A stretch of 64,000 nucleotides of DNA from Cyanidioschyzon merolae (Eukaryota), in the NCBI GenBank assembly GCA_000091205.1, contig AP006490.2; one strand, given 5' to 3'. Both the position numbers and the translations under genes were made by a program. The notes under the pieces are model-generated. The model was not told where the DNA came from and ran no database searches. It saw only the letters and a list, made by a program, of their open reading frames with translations. This document shows, piece after piece, positions 10,991 to 20,559 of this stretch (its first letter is position 1; each line of letters opens with the position of its first letter).

Positions 10991-11037
10991 AGCTTTTAAA
11001 CGCGCTCGAGTCGAACGGAAACTCGATTTGAGAAACC

Positions 11038-11799
11038 ATGGGAGACGCTGGTGCGCCCACTTCGAGTGACAACGTTCCGAACCTGCTGTACTGCGCTATT
11101 TGTCGTTGGGAAGACCGTGTGGTCCTTGCTCGGTACGCTGCGCCCCGGGCAGGAGTCGCACTCGCTGAAACCGGTGCGAGCACCGCCGCCTTCGCGGAGA
11201 CCCTAAGACGCATTCTCCAGTCGAAAAAGATAGCCGAGCACAAGCGCTTAACCATTGAAGAAAAACAACTGGGAATGATCCACTACGACAACGACGGTAC
11301 CTGCATGTACGTGGTATTCTGTCGCGCGTCGTACCCGCAGCGCCTTGCGTTCCAGTTCCTGAACGAGCTGCGGTCGGAGTTCTTGCGCACAGTCGGTAGT
11401 CGCCCTGAAGACGTCGCTTCTGCGACCGAGAATAGCTTGACGAAGCTGTGTCGGCCGTTGATGAGCGAGCTCTGTACCCTGTACGATACGCCTTCGGGAC
11501 TGGATAAGATGTCGCGGATTCGCATGCAGGTCGAGGAGGTCAAGGGCCACATGCAGGACAACATCCACCAAGTTATGAAAAACACCGACGACTTGGAGCA
11601 GCTACAGACGCAGTCGGAGGGTCTGCGCGGGGAGGCAAGTGCTTTCCATCGTTCAGCTGGCACCGTGGAACGCAAGTACTGGTGGAAGAACGCTCGGATG
11701 ATCTGCGTTCTCGTCGTGCTCGTGATACTCATCATTATCGCCATCATCGTTCCGATTATTGTGACACGAAATAACAACAGCAGCAGCTCCTCTGGTTGA
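11038..11799 (+). CDS. Longin-domain R-SNARE (VAMP7/synaptobrevin-like) with a C-terminal transmembrane anchor.
   Basis: N-terminal longin-like region ('LLYCAICRWEDRVVLARY...'). SNARE motif with the central Arg ('RIRMQVEEVKGHMQDNIHQVMKNTDDLEQLQTQSEGLRGEASAFHRSAGTVERKYWWKN'), followed by a hydrophobic TM ('MICVLVVLVILIIIAIIVPIIV'). Confidence 0.8.
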   Translation: MGDAGAPTSSDNVPNLLYCAICRWEDRVVLARYAAPRAGVALAETGASTAAFAETLRRILQSKKIAEHKRLTIEEKQLGMIHYDNDGTCMYVVFCRASYPQRLAFQFLNELRSEFLRTVGSRPEDVASATENSLTKLCRPLMSELCTLYDTPSGLDKMSRIRMQVEEVKGHMQDNIHQVMKNTDDLEQLQTQSEGLRGEASAFHRSAGTVERKYWWKNARMICVLVVLVILIIIAIIVPIIVTRNNNSSSSSG

Positions 11800-12551
11800 G
11801 GGTTTGACGAGTCTGGCGCCGAACGCATTCGCGAAGCAGTGCGCTGGAAGGCGAGTAGCTGCCGCCTTGGTCCAAGGACCTGTTGCCTATTTATCGTCGT
11901 CGACGGCGGACGCGTTGTCGCAACGAGTGAGCGCGTTGGGGCGCTGCATACAGGTTCACAGCCTCTGACACAAGGCCGTGGACGATGCCATAGCGCGTGG
12001 GGCTCTCGGGGAACGCGCGCGTTCGCCCACCTTGAAAAGCGGGGTTCGGACGGTGCACGATGCACGATCCCGTGTTCGGGCATCAAGCGCCAAAGACATG
12101 AATGCACCACATGAGAATGCTCAAGAACGAGTTTATTGTCGAGGGGGAGATTCTATGGGCGCTTGCGCAGCTTTGCAGCGACAGAGCCGCCGAAAACCCG
12201 ACCGCAACGGGACGCCATAAAGGCAATGGTCTTAACGGGGATGCCAGTGCCAAAAAATGCACTCCTGCCCTGTATCGTAGACGACGAAACAGTGGCAGGA
12301 CAGCGCTTCGCGGCGCGCGAAAAATCCATGGATTCTGCGTCCCGTCTGTTCGAAAGAATGGTGTGCTTGCGTTTCACGCGGCACTACAGCGTTCACATCG
12401 ATGCAAGGCGTATTCAAAGCGCAGTAGACAAAGGCGTCAACAACGGCGTTTCGAGTGAATGCAGGGGAATCGATGCATGCATACGCGCCTTCATACCTCT
12501 GAGCGTATCCAGGACAGTCACAAGCGCTCTCATGTGGTCAGAGCCACGTGC

Positions 12552-13337
12552 TCAGCGCATCGACGCCGTCAGCTGCCCCCAGGTATCATTGATTCGGAGC
12601 ACGGTCCACATGCCGAGCTCCGCAGCCGAGGTTAACGCGCCCTGTTGTGCGGCTGGCTCCAACCAGAGCTCTACCAGCGCTCCATTATCCACTTGAATCT
12701 GGCCGGTTAGATGCGGAGAAGCGTCGAGCACACTTCGGATCAGACACTTGCAAACGTATCCATGTGTAAACACAAGCACGATCACGTCAGTCTGTTCATT
12801 TTCCTCGAGTTCCAGTGACAATAGCGACAGCACCCGCTGGCTCATCCTTGACACCGCTCGCAGCACGCGTCGTTCGACATCCGCCTGCGCTTCGCCTCCG
12901 GGTGCTCGGAACTCGTACGGGTTCCGCGCCATAGCCTGGAGCGTCTCCGGTGTGTGGACCTCGCTACGCAACGCGTCTTCCCATAGACCTTGGTATACCT
13001 CGGCGAGGTCGTCAACCGGCTCCAGCTTCACCGGCTGTGCCACCTGCTCCAGCACCAGTGCTGCCGTCTGACGGGCACGCAGCAGCGGCGACGTAAACGC
13101 CACCGGAGCAAGCACCCGCCGACGACCTGCATCACCCGAAACTCCACCTGCATCACCACCGTCGACCCGCAGAACCTGTTCCAGGCGTATGGCGACCGCC
13201 TCCCCGACAACGCGTGCCTGGCGTTCCCCGCGTTCCGTTAACCGCGCCGCTTCAGAACGTCCCGCGATGCGCCAGCGCTCCACAACATTCGCCTCTGACT
13301 CCGCGTGGCGAATAAAAAACCACCGAATCCTGACCAT
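12552..13337 (-). CDS. Histidine phosphatase superfamily protein (phosphoglycerate mutase-like).
   Basis: 'FIRHAESEAN' (RHG-type catalytic motif with the catalytic His), 'LLRARQTA', and a downstream His in 'FTHGYV'. Confidence 0.6.
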   Translation of the reverse strand: MVRIRWFFIRHAESEANVVERWRIAGRSEAARLTERGERQARVVGEAVAIRLEQVLRVDGGDAGGVSGDAGRRRVLAPVAFTSPLLRARQTAALVLEQVAQPVKLEPVDDLAEVYQGLWEDALRSEVHTPETLQAMARNPYEFRAPGGEAQADVERRVLRAVSRMSQRVLSLLSLELEENEQTDVIVLVFTHGYVCKCLIRSVLDASPHLTGQIQVDNGALVELWLEPAAQQGALTSAAELGMWTVLRINDTWGQLTASMR

Positions 13338-13547
13338 GTATCCTTAGGACTCACCCAAATACACTCCAACATGCATCACACAAACGCATCCTACCATAAA
13401 AAGCTGCATGAAGCGCCCCACTAGAGAAACATCCCGCTGTGTACCAGCAGCACCGCATCGATGGTGCACGCGGCATCGAGTTGCGCGCCTGGCGGGGATC
13501 GCCACAGCGCCGCCTCCAGCCGCCGCGTCGACGCCGGACACGGCAGG

Positions 13548-13672
13548 CAGGTATACAGGGATACAGGTATTCAGGGATACAGGTATTCAGGGATACAGGT
13601 ATTCAGGGATACAGGTATTCAGGGATACAGGTATTCAGGGATACAGGTATTCAGGTATACAGGTATACAGGT
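13548..13672. repeat. 16-bp minisatellite (GGATACAGGTATTCAG) x~6.5, with degenerate flanking units. It sits in the ~350-bp divergent intergenic region between the PGM-like and RanBP1-like genes.
   Basis: Direct reading of 'cagggatacaggtattcagggatacaggtattcag...'. Confidence 0.9.
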
Positions 13673-13686
13673 AGGTAGATAGATAC

Positions 13687-14559
13687 GTGTGTTCCTCAGT
13701 TTCAAGGACGGCTGCTGCACAGCGCTTTTGGACCGCGATCAGAGCAGCTGGCTCTAACATGAGCGATCAAACTAGACAATTCTCGGAGAAAGAACAGGAG
13801 AGCGCACAACCTCGCAAGGAGGAAGCAGTGCGTTCATCGTCACCGGAGCAAGCATCGCGAACACCTCCTGCGCCTACCGGGTTTCGTTTCGTCGTACCTA
13901 CCACTGCCACTGCTACTGGTGGTGATGCTGGTCAAGGTAGTGATCGTGAAGCGAATCAGAGCGCTGCACCGGTGAAAGCTCCCCAGGTCGTTTTTGGCGG
14001 TGTCACCGAAAGCGTCGACCAGGACGTTGGTGCCGCTGATGACGACGGTGCAGCGGAGACGCTCGGCGAGGAGGACGCCTCGACTGCCGACTGGAAGCCC
14101 CTGGTGCAGCTTGACTTGGTTCAGATTAAGAGCGGCGAAGAGGACGAGGATGTCGTAGCAAAGTATCGAGCAAAGTTGTACCGCTTTGATAAGAGCATGC
14201 GAGAGTGGAAGGAGCGCGGCACCGGCGAGATCAAGTTTCTCAAGCACCGGGTCAGTGGACGCATCCGCCTGCTGATGCGACGCCAACAGACGCTGAAGAT
14301 TTGCGCCAACCACTACCTTTTACCAGAAATGCGACTGGAAGAGAATATGGGCTCAGATCGATCCTGGGTATGGACGGCCGTCGACTACGCGGACGAGGAA
14401 CGCGACGAGGCGGTTCTAGCGATTCGCTTTAAGGACTCGGAAACGGCAAAGCGGTTCTACGATACCTTCGAGGAGCTTCGCAAAGAGATGCAAAGTTTGC
14501 TTGTATCCGGCAAGTCGGCGACAGAACAATCGCGCCAAGGTGAGCAGACGGCAATCTGA
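13687..14559 (+). CDS. Ran-binding protein 1 (RanBD-containing, RanBP1-like). The ORF start is probably downstream of the listed one.
   Basis: RanBD core 'EEDEDVVAKYRAKLYRFDKSMREWKERGTGEIKFLKHRVSGRIRLLMRRQQTLKICANHYLLPEMRLEENMGSDRSWVWTAVDYADEE...AIRFKDSETAKRFYDTFEE' matches the RanBP1 consensus (WKERG[TV]GD[VL]K[LI]L.H, KICANH, [AS]IRF). Confidence 0.8.
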   Translation: MCSSVSRTAAAQRFWTAIRAAGSNMSDQTRQFSEKEQESAQPRKEEAVRSSSPEQASRTPPAPTGFRFVVPTTATATGGDAGQGSDREANQSAAPVKAPQVVFGGVTESVDQDVGAADDDGAAETLGEEDASTADWKPLVQLDLVQIKSGEEDEDVVAKYRAKLYRFDKSMREWKERGTGEIKFLKHRVSGRIRLLMRRQQTLKICANHYLLPEMRLEENMGSDRSWVWTAVDYADEERDEAVLAIRFKDSETAKRFYDTFEELRKEMQSLLVSGKSATEQSRQGEQTAI

Positions 14560-14892
14560 AGACGAGCTCCCCCAGCGGCGTCTCGGCGAGGGTGGCAGCG
14601 ATGGGGCCTCAGTGCGTTGCAACCAAGGACGCTGGAGAGCGCGCGGCGAAGCACGCGGCTTGGCGGCACGCTAGTCTGCCGTAGACTCCCCAGACGCAGC
14701 ATCTGCGGAGCGTACTGTATTCTGGATTCTTGGCGTGGTATGCGTTGGGCGGGGCTCGACGTGCCGGTACGCTCTCGCTGCCGTCCTGTGGAGTCCAGCA
14801 GCGCCGCATTCATCCGCGACCTAAACACACGAGACGGCTTGACGCGTGACGCTCGCGAATGCGGGGCACCAGTTTTCCGCGAAATCTTTCAC

Positions 14893-14930
14893 GTTCTTGT
14901 GTATGTATGTGCGTATGTGTGTGTGTGTGT
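14893..14930. repeat. Imperfect (TG)n / GTATGT microsatellite downstream of the RanBP1-like gene.
   Basis: 'gtatgtatgtgcgtatgtgtgtgtgtgtgtgc'. Confidence 0.6.
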
Positions 14931-15266
14931 GCTGGACGGCACGGCGCTGCGTCGATGCGTACCGGTGTGTGCCGCAGGCCGACGCTCCAGTAGCGTATCG
15001 CATGGTGCAGCTGCTGTGCTCGCTGGAACAGCCTCGTTCAATACGCAGCAACCGCATGTATATGTCTGTATCCGCATGAAACGCTCGACTATATACCGCA
15101 GACGAGAGATGACGCGCTCGTCAGCGGGAAACGCTGCAGCACTCAGAGCGCATTCGGCTTTGATGGCGGCGAGGCGTCTCGTCGTTACCGAGCGGGCGCC
15201 AACGAGCACCTGCATCCATACCCGAGTAACCAGCGCTGTCGACTGGTGACATCCCGTCGCTCCAGC

Positions 15267-18200
15267 TTAGTAAAGATACCGTTGTTGCTGTTTCGCTCCG
15301 GCACGGGAAAGCCGTTCCAGTTCCCTTTCGACAGACTCGAGCTCAGAACACAGCTGCAGCATAGGACGTGCTCGTTCCGCTTTGCTGGCCGTAGCCGTCA
15401 ACGACTGCCGACTTGTGAAGCGACTCCGAAGGACACGCAGCGTTGCCACGAGTGCCGGGGTAAGCGCCACCAGTGCTTGCCAATCGGTAGAGGCACGTGC
15501 AAGCGTTGCATAGCCCGTCACAGACGCATCCAGTTGTAGACTGTGATCGAGGGTGGTATCCGCGAGCGCCATCCAGCGCTGCACCATGCCCAGAAGCGAG
15601 CGTGCCCACCAGTGTTGCGCAGCGAGGCTGAGCCACCACGGCCCCAGGCCCGGAGGGAGCGCGTGTGTGACCACCACTGGCAAAGGGCCATGGTGTTCAT
15701 AGAACGCTTCCGGATCCTGGAGCATCTCTCGGTAGATATGCACGAGGTCCGTGCGCGGAACTCCGATCACCTCGACTAGAGTTGGTTGTAACCAGTTCAA
15801 CGAGAACGCCTCCAGGGACCAAGCAGTCACAATTTCATCATCATCATCATCATCATTATCGTCATCGTCATCGTCATGATCTGTTGTGCAAGTCGGGTTC
15901 ACGGTTTCCGGCGCACGCGCGAGTTCAGCTTGAGAGAACGCAAGCATTTCCAGCGAAGCAACCAACCACTCCAACGGGAACGCTATCGGCGATGGATAGA
16001 ATACTTTTGCCAGGGCAGTGAAGCGCTGCTGGAGCGTCTCTGGGGTCGGCCGCAGGCTTTCCGCTTGTAGCGACGTATCGAGCGTGCTTTGGGTGGCCTT
16101 AGTTGCGCGTTGCCGAACGACGCCTGCGGATAGCGCCAGCTCCCTTGCTATGATATTATTCCAGAGACGTCGAGAGAGCTCCGGATCCTGGTGTCCAGCC
16201 CAACGCAGAATATCCAACTCTGTTTCCCAGAGTGCATACGGACGCGCAATCTCGACGTAGAGGGTGTTGGGGTCCAGCAGGCCGGCTGCTGCCTGGTCAG
16301 CCCCGCCGCTGATGCCCTCTAGGCGCTGCTCCAGTTCGGAACGCTCGGGTCCTGATAAGACGACGCGACGCACTTCATCAAGCGCTCGTTGTTGGATATG
16401 GGCCACCTCCAAAGCGTCCTGGAGCTCGGGAACAAGGGCGAGCGCTCTTCCGTCGCCGAGACTCGCTCCAGCGCGTGCAAAGTGCAGCGCACGGATGAGT
16501 AGCGCTATCCTTTCATGAATGGGTAACAAGCGCGTCCTCCGCGGCGATAGCACGTCCCCGTTTCGCAAGGTCGCTCGTCGTCGTCGCGGCTGCTGAACCA
16601 GTGGCGTCAGGTCCTCGGTCGCTACCTCTGATGTCCCTGGATGCCTGTTGGGAGCAGTCGGCACACCAGCAAGATCCGCAAGAATCATCGCCGCTTCGAC
16701 AAAGCGCTCTTGCTGCGCATAGAGCTTCCACGCTAAATCGATATCTTCGTGGAGCAGGAACCATTCAAGCCGTTGGAGTGCCTTGGTGAGCTGCGCATTT
16801 TTGCGGAAGCTTTCCTCTGACATGTTGCCGAAGTTGATGTCCGGCTGCTTTGCGAGCTGCGGCAGTTGCAGCAAGAGCGCTGACCCTGCAGGTCCCATTC
16901 GTAACAGAAAACGAAACAATTGATCCAGTTGAGTGGTCTCGTCTGTGGCGAGCGCTTCCACTAGACAACGCCGCTGAAGCGTTTCCCGGTCCGCACCAGT
17001 CCCCAGTGATGATGATTCCGTGCTCGATAGGTTCATGGCCGCTTCCAGCGTCTGAAGTACGAGCTGCTGATCGCCCGCGAGTCGAGCTAGCGCCACCAGC
17101 TCTGCGAAAGCGCCAGCTGCCTTGAACTCGGTTACCAGTGGAGGACTCAGGGTCAGGTGCGCAGCCACCGGACGCAGCCACTGCATGGTCTGCTCGATTT
17201 CGCGCTTCCGCAGGTGTCGCAGTGCCCGATACACAGCTACCTGCGTCTCGCCGAAGAATACTGGACATCGCGCAGTGAGCGTTTCCAGAAGGGATTCCAT
17301 CGAGTCACTGTCTTCTGGGGCGTACGACTCCAACACCTTGAAGATGATGCTCGTCATGAGCTCGGCTTCCGCAGGGCGGGTTACCAAGTCTTCGAAACGC
17401 AATTGGCGAAGGCGGGCCTGATCAGTGGGCTCCAGAGACGCCACCAGGCGAGGCAGATGGGTGCTCTCCGCTAGAGTCCGCACAAGTTCCAAAGCCTGTG
17501 CACTCCTCTCCGCCAATCCAAGCAAGGAGGCAATAGATTCCAATTCAAGACGCCGAGCTTGATGGAGTGCGCTGTTCGAATGCCTCAGAGTGGCTTTGCC
17601 AGCGATCAGGTCCGGGTGCCAGGCGCTGGCGCTCCAGGCGCTGCCAAGGGTGTCGGGCGCTGTTGACCGTGCCCCAGTTGTTGGCGGTAGCATGCCCGGT
17701 GCAAGCGATATCCTCGTTGTTGTTCTTGTTGTCGAAGTGTCACCGATCCGTTCTTGAGTGTCACCGTACGAGGGACGCTCCCGGCGTGCCGCTTGTTCGA
17801 GCTCGGCTCCAAATAGGCGGTACAAGACGCGCTCGAAGGCGCGAAGCTCAGCATGCGTCGACAAGAGTACCACGAACGAGAAGCGCAAGCGCGCGAGCTT
17901 ATCACCAGTCGTGACGGGCTCCGACCAAACCGGCTGAAGGATTCGCGCTAGCAGCAGCACCACTCCATCGTGACGTCCCGAGTACCGCAGAGGTGCCTCC
18001 GGCAGACTCACGGAGCCCACGGAGAAACCGTCGGCAGTTGTCTGCCACGACGACATCGACCTGTCCGCTCGCATCGTGGTGTTCACAGCACCTGCTGCCG
18101 GAGCATCGCGCTGTCGCGCTTCCTCGACCTGACTCAGTGCGCTGTCTGCCGGAAGCGCTGCGGTGCTAGCGAGCAGCTGCGGTTCGCCTCCGAATGCGAG

Positions 18201-20117
18201 GCATGCTCGAAACGCTTTGTCGACGAGACCGATGGCGCCGCTGGGGCGTTGCTCTGCCTGCAGCGCCAGCTCCAGGCACCAGGAACAGGCTTGTGCTGCA
18301 CCGTAGCGTCGGAAAAAATCCAAAACCTCCGCATCTTGTGGACTCGCCCCCAGCAGCGTACGTAGCGTATCTAAGGGTCGTACTGGACACAGCAGGACCA
18401 GTGAGGCTTGCGTCAAACAGAGCCAACCACGGGAAACATCCTCACGGGTCAGCAGACCCGCAGGTTCGCGCTCATCCAGGTGTCCACCAGCCGATACGCC
18501 TAGATCCCCAAAGAGGGGCGCTTCAGCCAACGCGTACGCTTTGCCGCTTATCTGCAGACCGCTGACGCTCTCAAAGATGCGACTTTGGGAAACGGCGGCA
18601 GCGGAAGCTATCCCAAAACTCCTACGCTCTGCGGATGGAGCTGTTGCCGTGCGACTCATGAAAAGACTGCTCTCGGGATCCTGACGAGGAAGGAACTCCA
18701 GAGGTGGCGGCTCGGCGCCAACCGCTAGCAGCTGGTCCTGATCGTCAGCAGCCAGGAACTGCCCCTTGCACCAGAACGCCAGGTATATCGAGGCGCTTAG
18801 GTTTGATACGATTGGACTCCTGTAGCCAATAACGCGCAAGCACGCAGGATGCTCGCCCCCGACTCGACCTAGCAGGGACGGCGCGCTCGCTCCAGCGGCC
18901 TTCGTATCATTCGTCCAGCGAGTAGAAGGCCTGCGGACCGATGCCTCACCGGCAGTCGTGCAAAGCAGCCGCTCTCCCGCAGTGGAAACGACGAGCAGAT
19001 GAACGCGACGTGAGTATCGAAGAGGAACGGCGTGCAGGCTCAGTGCTCGCGCTTGTGTGCTTACCATTCGTCTCTGAAGTTCACTTGCCGCGTCGAGCGA
19101 GCCAAGCAGCCGTAATACTCCCGCATCAAACCAGGAGCGCTTGCTGGATACCAATTCCGTGTCGCACTCGGAACAAGTGCGCTCCAGCCGGTACGCACTG
19201 ACTATTCCGCGCTGCGACAGCGTATACAGAAGCCCCCGAGAATCATCTACCACCAGGTCAATGAGCGGGTCATCTGCATGGAATAGGCGGCGCAGGAAAG
19301 CTGGTACGAGCGCGGCAGCGGCAGCACCAGCAAATCCTCGGGAGCGATTCACTCGCCGTGCTTTGGGTACGTTTCCGAACCAGGACTGTGGCTCGTAGAC
19401 GAGCTCGTGAAGACTTCCATCGCGTCCGGCCATAAATATGCGCCCAGTGTGGTGACTGACCTCGATCTTCAGCATAACGACCCCATCGGTGGGCACCGAC
19501 AGGCCCGTCGGGACCAGCGTCACCGAGTCCGATCCCCGGGAGCCTCTGGAGCGCGCTCGACTGTTTGGCGAGCGCACAATACCCAACAAAACGACCTGCA
19601 GTGCCGTTGCTATCACCAAAAGGTACTCGATTTCGTCAATAAACACACCGGGTCGCGGTGTTGCTAGCGCGACGCAGCTAATAACTTGGTCCAGTTCCTC
19701 GTACACGGCAAAGTCGCTGCCTTCGACATAGTCCCACAAGAACAAACGATGATCAATGGAGATCCACGCTCTTCCTATCTGGGGCAAGAGGCCCATAAAC
19801 GACTTGCTCTCCAGGTATTGGTACTGCGCCAGGAGCGCTGCTGGAAGCGGTACCGTGCGCTTGGCCAAAAACTGAGACTGTGACGGCGGGTAACGGATGT
19901 AGTCCGGTTCTGCAGTTTCCCATGATCGCCGCACGGATAGCCACTGCTCATCCAAGTCGATCGCGAGTTCCAGGTCGGCAGCAGCTGCCTCGAGAGCGGC
20001 CAGGTTGTGCCCTTTGGCAGTGCGGCTGATGGACGCGTCCGCTGTCGACGGTTTGGATTCGAGTGCGCTCAGACCACTTTGAGTGCGCAGGTCGAATCGA
20101 CTCTCACTCGAATCCAT
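15267..20117 (-). CDS. Nucleoporin Nup155/Nup170/Nup157 family, 1616 aa, single exon.
   Basis: The N-terminal beta-propeller signature of this family is 'LPQIGRAWISIDHRLFLWDYVEGSDFAVYEELDQVISCVALATPRPGVFIDEIEYLLVIATALQVVLLGI'. It is followed by a large alpha-solenoid-sized C-terminal region and an acidic run 'DHDDDDDDNDDDDDDE'. Confidence 0.7.
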   Translation of the reverse strand: MDSSESRFDLRTQSGLSALESKPSTADASISRTAKGHNLAALEAAAADLELAIDLDEQWLSVRRSWETAEPDYIRYPPSQSQFLAKRTVPLPAALLAQYQYLESKSFMGLLPQIGRAWISIDHRLFLWDYVEGSDFAVYEELDQVISCVALATPRPGVFIDEIEYLLVIATALQVVLLGIVRSPNSRARSRGSRGSDSVTLVPTGLSVPTDGVVMLKIEVSHHTGRIFMAGRDGSLHELVYEPQSWFGNVPKARRVNRSRGFAGAAAAALVPAFLRRLFHADDPLIDLVVDDSRGLLYTLSQRGIVSAYRLERTCSECDTELVSSKRSWFDAGVLRLLGSLDAASELQRRMVSTQARALSLHAVPLRYSRRVHLLVVSTAGERLLCTTAGEASVRRPSTRWTNDTKAAGASAPSLLGRVGGEHPACLRVIGYRSPIVSNLSASIYLAFWCKGQFLAADDQDQLLAVGAEPPPLEFLPRQDPESSLFMSRTATAPSAERRSFGIASAAAVSQSRIFESVSGLQISGKAYALAEAPLFGDLGVSAGGHLDEREPAGLLTREDVSRGWLCLTQASLVLLCPVRPLDTLRTLLGASPQDAEVLDFFRRYGAAQACSWCLELALQAEQRPSGAIGLVDKAFRACLAFGGEPQLLASTAALPADSALSQVEEARQRDAPAAGAVNTTMRADRSMSSWQTTADGFSVGSVSLPEAPLRYSGRHDGVVLLLARILQPVWSEPVTTGDKLARLRFSFVVLLSTHAELRAFERVLYRLFGAELEQAARRERPSYGDTQERIGDTSTTRTTTRISLAPGMLPPTTGARSTAPDTLGSAWSASAWHPDLIAGKATLRHSNSALHQARRLELESIASLLGLAERSAQALELVRTLAESTHLPRLVASLEPTDQARLRQLRFEDLVTRPAEAELMTSIIFKVLESYAPEDSDSMESLLETLTARCPVFFGETQVAVYRALRHLRKREIEQTMQWLRPVAAHLTLSPPLVTEFKAAGAFAELVALARLAGDQQLVLQTLEAAMNLSSTESSSLGTGADRETLQRRCLVEALATDETTQLDQLFRFLLRMGPAGSALLLQLPQLAKQPDINFGNMSEESFRKNAQLTKALQRLEWFLLHEDIDLAWKLYAQQERFVEAAMILADLAGVPTAPNRHPGTSEVATEDLTPLVQQPRRRRATLRNGDVLSPRRTRLLPIHERIALLIRALHFARAGASLGDGRALALVPELQDALEVAHIQQRALDEVRRVVLSGPERSELEQRLEGISGGADQAAAGLLDPNTLYVEIARPYALWETELDILRWAGHQDPELSRRLWNNIIARELALSAGVVRQRATKATQSTLDTSLQAESLRPTPETLQQRFTALAKVFYPSPIAFPLEWLVASLEMLAFSQAELARAPETVNPTCTTDHDDDDDDNDDDDDDEIVTAWSLEAFSLNWLQPTLVEVIGVPRTDLVHIYREMLQDPEAFYEHHGPLPVVVTHALPPGLGPWWLSLAAQHWWARSLLGMVQRWMALADTTLDHSLQLDASVTGYATLARASTDWQALVALTPALVATLRVLRSRFTSRQSLTATASKAERARPMLQLCSELESVERELERLSRAGAKQQQRYLY

Positions 20118-20559
20118 TAGGGTGCCGATCCTCTTGGTCTTTGGAGCTTGCGCGTGCCGTCAGGGTGCAGGTCGCCGCTCGCGAGTTGCGTTCCGGTACG
20201 CAGCGCAGCGTCGCTCCCTGCCAGGGACGAGTGCAAGTGAGACGCCTCGAGGGAACGTCGCGAACGCCCGAGTCGGTACGCTGTGACGGTTCCTGTTGAA
20301 AGATGCGAGACCGCTGCGATTGATGAGCAAGCACAAGCGAAGCAGCCAAGAGAAGAGCGCTGTAACGCGGGTCGGAAGACGTCTCTTGAAACACGACATC
20401 GCCCTGGGGCCGCTGAGCGCTCGACGCGTTTCAGACGAACATCGGGCGATGAACTGGTCGCTCGATACCTGCTGGGGGATGTATTTTTCTCGAACTGTTT
20501 TTTTAAATGTATCGTGTCGATCGTAGACGAGCGGTAATAAGGGCTTACGGGTTCGTAAG

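Noticed and set aside
10990-11030. A possible terminal inverted repeat for family I ('gagtttccg' at the left end 8182 vs its reverse complement near 11012).
   Set aside because: The right-hand match lies beyond the point where copies A, B and C stop being similar, and it is absent from copy C's flank. This is a chance 9-mer, not a TIR. The element appears to lack TIRs, as IS200/605-type elements do.
11283-12110. A 275-aa minus-strand ORF antisense to the VAMP7-like gene.
   Set aside because: It is fully contained antisense to a well-supported SNARE ORF. Long antisense ORFs are expected by chance in GC-rich coding DNA, and it has no recognisable motifs.
12136-12696. A 186-aa plus-strand ORF overlapping the 3' end of the PGM-like gene.
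   Set aside because: It overlaps a supported gene on the opposite strand, has no motifs, and is typical GC-rich spurious ORF content.
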